Shown here: piece by piece, positions 38,542 through 49,926 of the stretch
Position numbering within the stretch: the stretch's first letter is position 1
Layout: every line of letters begins with the position of its first letter
Assembly (NCBI GenBank): GCA_963771835.1
Contig: CAVYVA010000004.1
Coordinates: forward strand, 822,421 to 886,420
Origin: an uncultured Actinomycetota bacterium
GTDB taxonomy: Bacteria; Actinomycetota; Actinomycetes; Prado026
Direction: 5' to 3'
DNA: 64,000 nt
Position numbers and translations under genes: made by a program
The notes under the pieces: model-generated
The model's input: the letters and a program-made list of their open reading frames with translations, nothing else
Database searches by the model: none
What the model was told of the DNA's origin: nothing

Positions 38542-39715
38542 ATGCGCGATGCCGTGATCGTCGAAGCGGTACGCACGCCGGTCGGACGCCGCGGTGGCGT
38601 GCTGTCCGGGGTGCACCCCGTCGACCTGTCCGCACACGTGCTGCGCGGCGCTGGCCGAGCGGACCGGGATCGACCCCGCGGCCGTCGACGACGTCATCTG
38701 GGGCTGCGTCTCGCAGGTGGGGGAGCAGACCTTCAACGTCGGCCGCAGCGCGGTCCTGGCAGCGGGCTGGCCGCAGTCCGTCCCCGGCACGACCATCGAC
38801 CGGCAGTGCGGCTCGTCGCAGCAGTCGCTCGCCTTCGCCGCGGCCGGGCTGGTGAGCGGGCAGTACGACCTGGTCGTCGCCGGCGGGGTGGAGTCGATGT
38901 CGCGGGTCGCGCTCGGTTCCTCGGCCTCGGTCTCGGGGCTGCCGTTCGGCGAGCAGGTGCTGGCCCGCTACGCCGACGAGCTCGCGGCCGAGGGCACGCC
39001 GGTGTTCAACCAGGGGATCGGCGCGGAGATGATCGCCGAGCGGTGGGGGCTGCGCCGCGAGCAGCTCGACGCGTTCGCGCTGGAGTCGCACGAGCGCGCG
39101 GCCGCCGCCACCGACGAGGGCCGGTTCACCGCCCAGATCGCGCCGGTGTCCCTGCCCGACGGCACCGTCGTGACGGTCGACGAGGGGATCCGCCGCGGCG
39201 GGACGCTGGAGGCGCTGGCGGGGCTGAAGACTCCGTTCCGCGACGGGCGGCCGGATCACCGCCGCCTCGTCGTCGCAGATCTCCGACGGCGCCGCCGCGC
39301 TGCTGATGACCACGTCCGAGACGGCGGCGCGGCTCGGCCTCCGGCCGCTGGCGCGGGTGCACACCACCGTCGTGGTCGGCGACGACCCGGTGATCATGCT
39401 GACGGCGCCGATCCCGGCCACGGCCAAGGTGCTGGCTCGGTCCGGCCTGAGCCTGGCGGACATCGACGTCTTCGAGGTCAACGAGGCCTTCGCCTCGGTC
39501 CCGCTGGCCTGGCTGGCCGAGACCGGGGCCGACGCCAAGCAGCTCAACGTGAACGGCGGCGCGATCGCGCTCGGGCACCCGCTTGGGTGCGTCCGGGGCA
39601 CGGCTGATGACCACGCTCGTGCACCAGCTGGTCGAGTCACGGGGGCCGGTACGGGCTGCAGACCATGTGCGAGGGCGGCGGCATGGCCAACGCGACGATC
39701 ATCGAGCGGCTCTGA
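38542..39715 (+). pseudogene. Acetyl-CoA C-acetyltransferase (thiolase), frameshifted
   Basis: The translation opens with MRDAVIVEAVRTPVGRRGG. The long fragment 38594..39607 contains TIDRQCGSSQQSLAFAA (active-site Cys). Later fragments give NEAFASV, NVNGGAIALGHPLG and the end LQTMCEGGGMANATIIERL. Confidence 0.9.
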
Positions 39716-39796
39716 CGCGGTTCTCCACAGCTGGGGACAACCCATGTGGAGAACTACAGCGCTGTGGTTAGCGGCCGGGAGCCGCTCCACACCCGT

Positions 39797-40051
39797 TCAG
39801 CGCCACTTGGTGGCGAAGGCGAACCCCACCGCCAGCAGCCCGAACCCGATCACGAGGTTCCAGTTCCCCAGCGCGTCCATGAACGGGATGTTCTGCCCGT
39901 TGATGTAGAAGACGACGATCCAGGCCAGCCCGATGAGCAGGAAGGCGCACATGAGGATCGGGATCATGCGCGACGGGATGCGGCTGGTGTTCTTGGGTGC
40001 GGTCGGCGGCGGGGTGTAGGCCGCCTTGCGACGGACGCGCGACCTGGGCAC
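39797..40051 (-). CDS. crgA: Cell division protein CrgA
   Basis: Intact 84-aa ORF with two TMs. The translation is RKAAYTPPPTAPKNTSRIPSRMIPILMCAFLLIGLAWIVVFYI..GNWNLVIGFGLLAVGFAFATKWR. Confidence 0.9.
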   Translation of the reverse strand: MPRSRVRRKAAYTPPPTAPKNTSRIPSRMIPILMCAFLLIGLAWIVVFYINGQNIPFMDALGNWNLVIGFGLLAVGFAFATKWR

Positions 40052-40175
40052 TGCCCCACCCCTTCCGGCTGGACGCCCCGACCGGCTGCGGCGGGGCGAT
40101 CGTTGTGGGCGTTAGCGTAGACGAGCCGGGGCCGCGCCCCGAGCACCCGAGCGGGCGAGACGCAGGAGGCGGTCG

Positions 40176-40934
40176 GTGGCGAGCGGCCCGGACGCGACCC
40201 CCAGGCGCCTGGGCTGGCGCCTGGGGGTGCCGCTGGTGCTGGTCCTGGCCGGCCTGCTGATGGCCACCAGCGCGGTGACCGCCCGCGGCACGGACCTGCG
40301 GTCCGAGCGCCGGACCGACCTGGCCGACCTGGTCCGGGCCCAGCTGGCCCGCGCGGCCACGGCCCAGGCCGCCGTCCAGCAGCTGCGCGACGACGTCGAC
40401 CGGCTGACCGCCGCCCAGGGCGTCCGGGACGCGCCGGTGCGGGTGGCCAGGAGCCAGGGCGACGCGCTGGCCCCCGAGGTCGGCCTGACCCCGATGACCG
40501 GACCCGGGCGTGGTGGTCACCCTGGACGACGCGCAGCGGGACCCGGGGTCGCCGCTGCCGGCGGGGGTGTCGCCGGACGACCTGGTGGTGCACCAGCAGG
40601 ACCTGCAGGCGGTGGTGAACGCGCTGTGGGCCGGCGGCGCGCAGGGGGTCGAGGTGATGGACCAGCGGCTGGTCTCGACCAGCGCGGTCCGCTGCGTCGG
40701 CAACACGCTGATCCTGCACGGGCGGGTCTACTCGCCGCCGTTCACCGTGGCAGCGCGTCGGGGAACGTCGACCGGCTCACGCCGCGCTGCGGCGCTCGCC
40801 CGCAGCTGGTGACGTACCGCGAGTGGGTGGACGCGGTCGGGCTCGGCTACCAGGTGAGCACCCGGTCGACGCTCGACCTGCCGGCGTACACCGGCGACCT
40901 CGCGCTGAGCCACGCCCAGGTGCCGCCGTCGTGA
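40176..40934 (+). pseudogene. DUF881-domain membrane protein (Rv0012-like), two compensating frame changes
   Basis: It has an N-terminal TM (LGVPLVLVLAGLLMATSAV) and a coiled-coil. The middle fragment is in another frame (VVVTLDDAQRD..DLVVHQQDLQAVVNALWAGGAQGVEVMDQRLVSTSAVRCVGNTLILHGRVYSPPF). The tail returns to the first frame. Confidence 0.75.
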
Positions 40935-41169
40935 CCGGGCCGGAGGTCGGGTCCCAGGACGGACCTCGGGACGGGCACGGCTCGGGGTCGTTCTACGGCT
41001 GGCTCTGGCGGCACCTGCCGGGAGCCTGGCCGGCCCGGGTCGCGATCCTGGCCGTGGCGGCCGCGGTGGTGGTCGTGCTGCTGTTCGCCGTGGTCTTCCC
41101 CTGGGTGGAGCCCCGGCTTCCGTTCAACCAGGTCACCGTCGGCGGCGGATACGGCGAGGATGCGTCCCC
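40931..41169 (+). CDS. Small membrane protein (3' end undefined)
   Basis: GTG 40931 overlaps the DUF881 stop (GTGA). The translation is FYGWLWRHLPGAWPARVAILAVAAAVVVVLLFAVVFPWVEPRLPFNQVTV. No in-frame stop occurs before pabA, so the stop was presumably lost to an indel. Confidence 0.35.
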
Positions 41170-41870
41170 ATGGCGGTTCCAGCCACGGCCGGGTCGGCGG
41201 TGCGACCGCGCACCGACGGCGGCGCGCCGCTGCGCATCCTCGTCGTGGACAACTACGACTCGTTCGTCTTCAACCTGGTGCAGTACCTGGCCCAGCTCGG
41301 CGCCGACCCGGTGGTCCGGCGCAACGACGCCGTCGAGCCGGCCGAGGCGGCGGAGTACGACGGGGTGCTGCTCTCGCCCGGGCCCGGGGACCCCCGAGGA
41401 GGCCGGCGTCTGCGTGGACATGGTGCGGTACGCGGCCGGTCGGGTGCCGGTGCTCGGGGTCTGCCTCGGCCACCAGGCGATCGGCGTCGCGTACGGCGCG
41501 AAGGTCGGCCGGGCGCCCGAGCTGCTGCACGGCAAGACCTCGCTGGTGCACCACCAGGGCCTGGGCGTGCTGGCCGGCCTGCCCGACCCGTTCACGGCGA
41601 CCCGGTACCACTCGCTCGCGGTGGAGACGAGCACGGTGCCCGACGAGATCGAGGTCACCGGGTCGACGGCCAGCGGTGTGGTCATGGCGATGCGGCACCG
41701 CGACGTCGACGTCGAGGGCGTGCAGTTCCACCCCGAGTCGGTGCTCACCGAGGGCGGGCACCGGATGCTGGCCAACTGGCTGGTCCGGCTGCGGCGACCC
41801 GCAGGCGGTCCAGCGCTCGACCGGCCTCGCCCCCGTCGTCGAGGGCGGGCCGGTCCCCGCGCACCGCTGA
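41170..41870 (+). pseudogene. pabA: Glutamine amidotransferase, aminodeoxychorismate/anthranilate synthase component II, frameshifted
   Basis: The fragments are RILVVDNYDSFVFNLVQYLAQLG..YDGVLLSPGPG, then PVLGVCLGHQAIGVAYGAKV..HGKTS..TRYHSLAV..GVQFHPESVLTEGGHRMLANWL. The start is approximate. Confidence 0.85.
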
Positions 41871-41910
41871 CGCGCCACGCGGCCGCGTCCGTGGGGCTGG
41901 CGAAGGCTGG

Positions 41911-43691
41911 TCAGGGGCTGGGCGAGGACGTCCCGGTCGGGCTGGTGGTCGGCGTCGGCGTCGGGCGTCGGCGGGGCCTGCGCGACCGTGATCGTCACGA
42001 TCTTGCCCTGGGCCAGCAGCGTGCCGGACTTCGGGTTCTGCGCGACCACCGTGCCGGGCTGGACCGCGTTCGTGGTCTGCGGGATGACCGTGACGCTGAA
42101 GCCGGCGTTGGCCAGGTCGGCCTTGGCCTGCTCCTGCGGCTCGCCGATCACCGACGGCACCGGCACCTTGCCGCTGGACACGGTCAGCGCCACGGTCGAG
42201 CCCTTGGCGACCGCGTGCCCTCCTTCGGGTCGACGGCGATCACGGTGCCGGCCGGTTGGTCGACCTGTCCTGCAGCGTGATCGTCCCCGGCACCAGCCCG
42301 GCGGCTGCTCAGCGCGTCGAGGGCCTGCTGACTGGGTCAGGCCGACCAGGGTCGGCACGGTCACCTGCTGGGCGCCGCTCGAGACGTCAGGTCGACCGCG
42401 GTGTCGGCGACCACCTTCACGTCCTTGAGCGGGTCCTGCGAGACCACGTAGCCGGCCGGGACGGTGTCGCTGGTCACCGGCGTGACCGTGCCGAGCTTGA
42501 GACCGTGCTCGGTGAGCTGGGCGACCGCGTCCGCCTGCTTGAGCCCGACCACGTTGGGCACGGCGATGTTGGCGTCCGTCCCGCCGAAGATGCTGCGCCC
42601 CAGGAAGAACGCGAGCACGAGCGCCCCGACCACGGCGGCGCCAGCAGCACGTACCAGCCGGCTCGCGACTGCGGCTCGGCCGCCGACCCGGCGACAGGCT
42701 GGGCCGGTGCCGGGCAGCACCGGCGCGATGACCTGGGTCGCGTCGTTCCCGGAGCCGGCGGCGGCGGCGACGGCGGCGACCGGTACAGCCGCGCCGGCCG
42801 CGACGGCTCCGGCGCCGGCGAGCGGCTCGCCGAGCCGGGCCCGCTCGAGGTCGTCCCGCATGGCCGCGGCCGTGTCGTAGCGGTCGTCCGGGCGCTTCTC
42901 CAGCGCGCTGCATGACGACGGCGTCGACGGCCGGGCCCACGTCCGGGTTCAGGGTCGACGGCGGCGACGGCGTCTCCCGGACGTGCTGGTACGCCACCGA
43001 GACCGGGCTGTCGCCGACGAACGGCGGCCGGCCGGCGAGCAGCTCGTAGAGCAGGCAGCCGGTCGAGTACAGGTCGGAGCGCGCGTCGACGACCTCGCCG
43101 CGGGCCTGCTCGGGCGACAGGTACTGCGCCGTGCCCGAGCACGGCCGACGTCTGCGTCATCGTGGCGGCGCTGTCGGCGACCGCCCGGGCGATGCCGAAG
43201 TCCATGACCTTGACCTGGCCGGTGCGGCTGAGCATGACGTTGCCGGGCTTGATGTCGCGGTGGATGATCCCGTGCCGGTGCGAGTAGTCGAGCGCCGTCA
43301 GCGTGCCCTCGGTGATCTCGACGGCGCGCTCCGGGGTGAACCGGTGGCCGGACTTCACCAGCTCGCGCAGCGTCGTGCCGTCGACGTACTCCATGACGAT
43401 GTAGGGGACCGCCACACCGGACACGTCGGTCTCGCCGGTGTCGTACACGGCGACGATGTTCGGGTGGTTCAGCGACGCGGCGGAGTGCGCCTCACGGCGG
43501 AAGCGGGCCACGAACGAGGGGTCCCTGGCGAGGTCCGTGCGCAGCAGCTTGACCGCGACGCGGCGGCCCAGGCGCAGGTCGCGGCCCTCGTAGACCTCGG
43601 CCATGCCGCCACGACCGATGACCTCGCCGAGCTCGTAGCGCTCGCCGAGCCGTCGCTCGTCCATCGGGCCCTCCTGAGGTCCGTCGCTCAC
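41911..43691 (-). pseudogene. pknB: Ser/Thr protein kinase PknB with PASTA repeats, frameshifted
   Basis: The kinase domain is in ORF 42474..43691 (YELGEVIGRGGMAEVYEG..VAVKLL..IIHRDIKPGNVML..VMDFGIA). The next frames give GTAQYLSPEQARGE..DLYSTGCLLYELLAGRPPF. After the TM come PASTA units (VPNVVGLKQADAVAQLTEHGL; VPSVIGEPQEQAKADLANAGF). Confidence 0.9.
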
Positions 43692-43722
43692 CGTCTGCCA
43701 CCTATCATCGCGGGTCCGGGGC

Positions 43723-45195
43723 TCATCGGGGGAGCACCGCTTCCATCACAGCCTTGGCCACCGGCGCGGCCAGCGCCCCGCCGGAGATGTCGCTGTTCTT
43801 CGGGGAGTCCTCGACGATGACCGCCACGGCCACCTTGGCGTTCTGGGCCGGCGCGAACGACACGAACCACGCCACCGCGGGGTTGTTGTTGCCGGTCTGC
43901 GCCGTCCCGGTCTTGCCGGCCACCTTGACGCCGGGGATCCGCGCGTTCGTGCCGGTGCCGTTCTCGACGACCCCGACCATCATGTCGGCCACCTCCTGCG
44001 CCACGGCGGAGGTGACCGCCTGTCCGAACGACGGTGGCCCGCGTCTGCTCGAGCACGGACAGGTCGGGGGCGTACAGGGTGTCGACCAGGTAGGGGTTCA
44101 TCACCACGCCGTTGTTGCCGAGCGCGGCCGCGACCATGGCCATCTGCAACGCGGTCGAGCGGACGTCGTACTGGCCGATCGCCGACAGCGCCGTCTGCGG
44201 CACGTCCAGGGGGGTCGGGAACCGGCTCGTGGCCGCGGTCATCGGGACCTGGAACGAGTGGTTGAAGCCGAACGCCTCCGCCTGCTTCTGCAGCGCGTCC
44301 GCGCCGACCTGGACGCCGAGGTACGCGAAGGCGGTGTTGCAGGACACCTCGAGCGCGTGCAGCAGCGTCACCTTGCCGTTGGCGGTCGCGCAGCCCTGGC
44401 CGCTCTCGTTGTGGATCACCGCGCTGGTGCCGGGCGGCTTGTAGCCGGCGGGGCCGGGCACGGTCGACGACGGGGCGTACGCACCGCTGGACAGCGCCGC
44501 CGACAGCGTGACCAGCTTGAACGTCGAACCGGGCGGGTAGACCTGCGCGAGCGGCCGGTCGAGCATCGGGTTGCAGCGGGTCGGCCAGGTACGTGTTCCA
44601 CGCCTTCTGCGACGTGGCGGCGTCGTTGCTCGCGATCAGGTTCGGGTCGAAGCTCGGGCTGGAGTACAGCGCGAGGATCGCGACCGGTCGACGGCTCCAG
44701 CGCGACGACCGCGCCGATCTTGCTCCTTCATCGCCTGTCGCGGCCGCGGCCTGCGCCTTCGCGTTCAGCGTGAGCTGGACGCTGCCGCCCTTCGTCGTGC
44801 GTCCGGCGATGAGGTCGGCGAGCTGCTGCAGCGAGAACCGCGGGTCCGTGCCCGACGAGCACCGCGTTCTCGATCCGCTCGATCGCGGTGCGGCCGTAGA
44901 TCAGCGACGCGAAGCCGGTGGACGCCGCGTACAGCGGGCCGTCGACGTACGTCCGCTGGTACTTCAGCCGGCCGCCGGTCGGCGACCGACTGCGCGACCG
45001 GGGTGTTGCCGACGAGGATCGGTCCGCGCTGCTTGGCGTACTCCTTGATGACGTTGCGGTTGTTGCCCGGGCCGGTCGGCGAGGTCGCTGGCGCGGGTGA
45101 CCTGGACGAGGTTGATGTTCACCAGCAGCGCGAGCGAACAGCAGCCCGACGAAGATCGCGAGGCGGCGGATCGTGCCGGCGAGGGTGCCGATCAC
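43723..45195 (-). pseudogene. pbpA: Penicillin-binding protein A (class B transpeptidase, PbpA), frameshifted
   Basis: GTG 45195 overlaps the rodA stop. The translation reads GRLKYQRTYVDGPLYAASTGFASLIYGRTAIE. The transpeptidase motifs are present (PPGSTFKLVT, SCN, AGKTGTA in fragment 43723..44004). Confidence 0.9.
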
Positions 45196-46632
45196 GGCGC
45201 GACCACCTGCGTGACGGCGGTGCCGCTGATCGGCACCGGCACCGGAGCCGGGCGGGCTGCCGAGTCGCTGACCCGCAGCAGCAGCGCGATGACCATCCAG
45301 TTCGCGACCAGCGACGAGCCGCCGGCGGCCAGGAACGGCGTGGTCAGCCCGGTCACCGGGATCAGGTTGGTGACGCCGCCGACGACGATGAACACCTGCA
45401 GGCCCATCACGAACGCCAGGCCGCAGGCGAGCAGCCGGCCGAACACGTCGCGCGCGGCGAGTGCGGCGCGCAGGCCGCGCTCGACGAGGATCGCGTACAG
45501 CACGAGCAGCGCCATCAGCCCGGTGAGCCCGAGCTCCTCGCCGACCGCCGACACGATGAAGTCGGACTTCGCGTACGGCACCAGGTCCGGCGTGCCCTGG
45601 CCGATACCGGCGCCGAGGATGCCGCCGTCGGCCAGGCCGTACAGGCTCTGCGTCACCTGGTAGCCGGCGCCGCCGACGTCGGCGAACGGGTGCAGCCACA
45701 CGTCGACGCGCTCGCGCACGTGCCCGAACGCGTAGTACGCGAACGTCGACCCGATGAGGAACAGACCGGTGCCGATGACGACCCAGCCGCGGCGGCCGGT
45801 GGCGACGTACAGCATCGCGACGAACAGGCCGAACAGCAGCAGCGACGTGCCGAGGTCCCGCTCGAAGACCAGCACCGCCGACGCTGATCAGCCAGGCCAC
45901 CAGGATCGGGCCGAGGTCGCGCCCGCGCGGGACGTCGATGCCCAGCAACTGGGTGCGGGCCACGGCGAGCGCGTCGCGCTTCACCACGAGGTAGCCGGCG
46001 AAGAAGACGATCAGCACGATCTTGGCCATCTCGGCCGGCTGGAACGAGAAGCCGAGCGCGCGGATCCAGATGCGGGCGCCGTTGATGGTCACGCCGATGC
46101 CCGGGCACCAGCGGCAGCACCACGAGCAGCGAGGCCGAGCGACCATCGCGGTGTACGTGTACCGCTGCAGCACCCGGTGGTCGCGCACGACCAGCAGCAC
46201 CAGGACCATCAGCAGCCAGCCCGAGCCCGGTCCACACCAGCTGGGTGCGCCGCGGTGGGGTGCGGGGCCGGCTGGTGGTTCTGCGCGGCGCGGACGGTCT
46301 CCGCGACGTCGAGGCGGTGGATCATCGCCAGCCCGAGCCCGTTGATCGCCACCGCGACCGGCAGCAGCACCTGGTCCGACCAGGGCGCGAGCACCCGCAC
46401 GGCCACGTGCGCGAGGGCGACGGCGCCGGCGGCGGCCGCCGTCACGAGTCCAGAACTTCTCCGGGAGGTGCCCGCCGTTGGTGAGCCCGACCTGGGCGTA
46501 CGCGCCCAGCCCGACGGCGAGCGCGAGGACGAGCAGGCCGATCTCGGCGACCCGGCGCGGCGGTCGGGGGACGGCCGGTCCGGCCGGGGGCGGCTGCGCC
46601 GCGCCGGGCGGCGCGATCGTGGCGGCGGTCAC
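45192..46632 (-). pseudogene. rodA: FtsW/RodA/SpoVE-family peptidoglycan polymerase (SEDS), frameshifted
   Basis: GTG 46632 overlaps the pstP stop. The fragments are GARIWIRALGFSFQPAEMAKIVLIVFFAGYL and ORF 45192..45875 (DLGTSLLLFGLFVAMLYV..PYAKSDFIVSAVGEELGLTG..GVTNLIPVTGLTTPFLAAGGSSLVANW). Confidence 0.9.
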
Positions 46633-47991
46633 GGCGACGGGCTCGCGCTCGGTCCGGCGGTTCCCGATGTCGTCGCCGACACGGACGGTCCGGGGCCGAC
46701 GCTCGGCGTCGGGGTGCTGCTCGGGCTCGGGCCGGGCGGGCAGCCGTCCGGGGCGGGCACGCCTGCGCAGGCCGTCGCCTGCGTACGCAGGTGGTCGACG
46801 ATCCGGCGGGCCTCGTCCAGCGACGACGGCGGCGATCGTGTCGTTCACCTGCCCCTGCGAGAACGACGGGAGGGTCGAGGCCTGCACGTCGGTCGGCTCG
46901 ACCACCTGCGACAGCGAGCGGCCGACCAGCTTCTGCGGGACGCCGCGGTAGATCACGACCTGCCCGCTGTCGACGCCGACGTAGTACTGCGTCTGGGTCC
47001 AGCGGTAGCCGGCGTAGCCGGCGGCCGCGACGAGCACGAGCAGGGCGACGACGGGCAGCAGCAGGCCGCAGCCCTCTCGAGCCGCCGGTGCCCCGAGCTC
47101 GTCGTCCGTCGTGGTCGGACGGTTCGGCCGCCTCGCCGCCGGCTGCGTCGGGACCGTCGCCGGTCGTCGTCGCCGCCGGCGTCGGCGGCCGCGACGCCGA
47201 CCACGCGCGCGCGTGCGCCGCTGTCGGCGGCCGCCCCGACCACGACGGCGACCGGCGGTGCGACGTCGTCGTCCTCGTCGACGACGTCGGCGACGAGGCA
47301 GGTGACGTTGTCGGGTGCGCCGGCGCGCAGGGCCAGGTCGACGAGCCGGTCGGCCGCCTCGCGCGGCGTACCGACCTCGAGCACGTCGCGGATCGTCGGC
47401 TCCGACACCACGCTGGACAGCCCGTCGCTGCACAGCAGGTACCGGTCGCCCAGCCGCGGCGTGCGCAGCACGACCTCCGGCTCGACCTCGACCCGGCCGT
47501 CCAGCGCCTGCAGCAGCAGGTTGCGCTGCGGGTGGGTCTTGGCGTCCTCGTCGCTGATCCGGCCCTGGTCGATGAGCGACTGCACGAACGTCTGGTCGTG
47601 GGTGACCTGTTCGAGGACGCCCTCGCGCAGCAGGTAGCCGCGCGAGTCGCCGACCTGGGCGATCGCGATCACCTCGCCGCTGTGCATCAGCAGCGTGAGC
47701 GTGGTGCCCATGCCCTCCAGCTCGGGCCGGGCCCGCACCAGGGCGCGCATCTGCTCGCCCGCCGACGCGACACCGCTGCGCAGGGTCTCGGTGGGGTCGC
47801 CGCCGCCGACCGGGGGCTGCAGGTCGCGCATGCTGGCGACCGCGGTGGCGCTGGCCACCTCGCCGCCCGCGTGCCCGCCCATGCCGTCGGCGAGCAGCAG
47901 CAGGTCCGGCCCCGCGTACGCCGGAGTCCTCGTTGTCCTGCCGGACCATGCCGACGTCCGACACCGCCGCGTACCTCAGCCGGAGCGTCAT
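46629..47991 (-). pseudogene. pstP: PP2C-family Ser/Thr phosphatase PstP with C-terminal TM, frameshifted
   Basis: The translation opens with MTLRLRYAAVSDVGMVRQDNEDS. ORF 46953..47882 gives GMGGHAGGEVAS..GMGTTLT..QVGDSRGYLL..THDQTFVQSLIDQGRI..LLCSDGL..GAPDNVTCLVADV. The TM reads LLLPVVALLVLVAAAGYAGY. Confidence 0.9.
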
Positions 47992-47994
47992 CGG

Positions 47995-48603
47995 CTACTT
48001 CCGCAGCTCGAGGACGGTCTTGCCGATCCGGACCGGCGCCCCGACCGGGACCACCATCGGCGTGGTCAGCCGGGTCCGGTCCAGGTACGTCCCGTTCGTG
48101 GAGCCGAGGTCCTCGACCACCCACGCGCCCTCGTGCGGGAACAGCCGGGCGTGCCGGCCGGACACGTAGTCGTCCTCCAGCACCAGCGTGTTCTCGGCCG
48201 CCCGGCCGATGCTGACGGGGGTGGCGCCCAGCTCGATCCGGGTGCCCTCGGCCGGGCCCGCCGTGACCATCAGCAGCTTGGGGGCGCCCCGGCGGGGCTT
48301 GGGCGGACGGGTCGGCTTGGGCTGCTTGGCCTTCCTCCCGGCTTCGGTCGCCGCGGCTGCGCCGGCCGCCCCGGCGGCCGCGCCGGTGCCCAGCGACCCG
48401 GCGGCCGCGGGGGCGCCGACCGTGCCGACCGGTACCGCCCGGGCCGCCTTCGCCCGCGACCGCGCCGACCGGTCGGCGCGCCCCATCCGCTGCCGGCGGC
48501 GGGCGAACAGGTCGCTGCGCATCACTGCGGCGACCGACAGGACCAGCACCCACAGCAGCACCAGGAACCCGACCTGGATGAGCTTGAGCGACAGCGGGCT
48601 CAC
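47995..48603 (-). CDS. fhaB: FHA-domain protein FhaB/FipA
   Basis: Intact 202-aa ORF. It has an N-terminal TM and a C-terminal FHA domain (IGRAAENTLVLEDDYVSGRHARLFPHEGAWVVEDLGSTNGTYL). Confidence 0.9.
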   Translation of the reverse strand: MSPLSLKLIQVGFLVLLWVLVLSVAAVMRSDLFARRRQRMGRADRSARSRAKAARAVPVGTVGAPAAAGSLGTGAAAGAAGAAAATEAGRKAKQPKPTRPPKPRRGAPKLLMVTAGPAEGTRIELGATPVSIGRAAENTLVLEDDYVSGRHARLFPHEGAWVVEDLGSTNGTYLDRTRLTTPMVVPVGAPVRIGKTVLELRK

Positions 48604-48607
48604 GGGC

Positions 48608-49301
48608 TCAGCCGCCGTACCGGAAGACCAGTGTGAGCGCGCCCAGGCCCACCCTCGCCCCGTCGTACAGCTCAGCCGACTGCACCCGCTCCCCGTCCAG
48701 GAAGGTGCCGTTGGTGGACCCGAGGTCGGTCAGCCGAGGCGGGTCGGACAGCACGATCTCGGCGTGCCGGCGGGAGATGCTCGGGTCGTCCAGGCGCAGG
48801 TCGGACTCGGCGCCGCGACCCAGGACCGTGTGCCGATGGGTCAGCGCCAGCGTCGAGTGCCCGGTCTCCAGCGCCGCCGAGACCGCGGCGGGTGCCGCGG
48901 TGACGGTGCCGGCCGGCGTCGGACGGTCCCGACGCCATCGCCTGGCTGCGCACCCGGAACACTCCCGTGTCGAGCTCGCCCACCAGCTCGAACCGGACGA
49001 CCACGCCGCCGACGAACTGGTATCCCTGCTCCTCCGCGTGCTCGCGGACCATCGCCCCGAGCTCGGCACCCAGCGGCTCTGCGTACATCGAGAGGCGATC
49101 GAAGTCGTGCTGGCCGAGCTCGACGGTGAAGTCGTTGGGCACCATCGTCCGGCCGCGGGTGACGATCGCCGCCTTGTCGTCGCACTCGCGCTGCAGCGCC
49201 GCGGCGACCTCGACGGGCTGCACCTCGGCCTTGAAGGCACGCGCGAAGGTGCCGCTGACCAGGCGGTCGAGTCGGCGCTCGAAGCGGTCCATGACACCCA
49301 C
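48608..49301 (-). pseudogene. fhaA: FHA-domain protein FhaA (DUF3662 N-domain + FHA), one frame change
   Basis: The N-domain reads VGVMDRFERRLDRLVSGTFARAFKAEVQPVEVAAALQRE. The FHA domain is in the second frame (TVLGRGAESDLRLDDPSISRRHAEIVL..LTDLGSTNGTFLDG). The start GTG 49301 lies 6 nt after GAGGAG. Confidence 0.85.
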
Positions 49302-49416
49302 GGGCACCTCCTCGGACGGCTCGTCGGGCAGGGGTGGGCCCGGTGCCCAGGGTAACCGTGGTGACGATCATCGGGCTCCGGGCGGCGCGGGCCCCCGTGG
49401 TAACCTCGCTGGCCTC

Positions 49417-49500
49417 GCGCGAGTGGCGGAATAGGCAGACGCGCTGGATTCAGGTTCCAGTGCCCGAAAGGGTGTGGGGGTTCAACTCCCCCCTCGCGCA
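49417..49500 (+). tRNA. tRNA-Leu (anticodon CAG), long variable arm
   Basis: GCGCGAGTGGCGGAATAGGCAGACGCGCTGGATTCAGGTTCCAGTGCCCGAAAGGGTGTGGGGGTTCAACTCCCCCCTCGCGCA. The 7-bp acceptor stem pairs. The anticodon loop is TT-CAG-GT. Confidence 0.9.
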
Positions 49501-49926
49501 CCCGATGATCAGGCCTCTGACCTGCGGAAACACCCCCTTCAAGATCATCTTCAAGTGCGTGGGGCAACGGAAACCACCAAGAACCGCCGCTCTTGCTGGG
49601 GGTCGTGCCGTCGTCGAAGGCGTTCGCGCCGAACGGTCGTCGGAGCGCCAGCGACGGGTCATTGCCACGGCGCATCCGACGTCCGTGGCGCACGTTCGCG
49701 TGTTTCGGAGCCCGGACTTCGAGGCGACCCACGCAGTCATGGACGGGGCTTGGCGAAGGCAGCGTCCCCGCGCTGTGCAAGCGGCTCTGTCCGCATCCTC
49801 GACCAGCGCCGGGCCAAAGGCCTTTCGCCTCTAACGGCACGAAGGCCCTATCCCTAGCGTCCTTCCCGAGGGTACCCAGCGACCGCGAGGTCGCGGTCCT
49901 GAGCGCACTCGCGAAGGAGCGCCGCA

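Noticed and set aside
47100-47320. ORFs encoding long poly-Arg runs (for example 47111..47305 +, [13 protein letters not shown]).
   Set aside because: These are wrong-frame and wrong-strand readings of the Asp/Ala/Val-rich linker of pstP (…VVDEDDDVAPPVAVVVGAAAD…). No independent coding signal is present.
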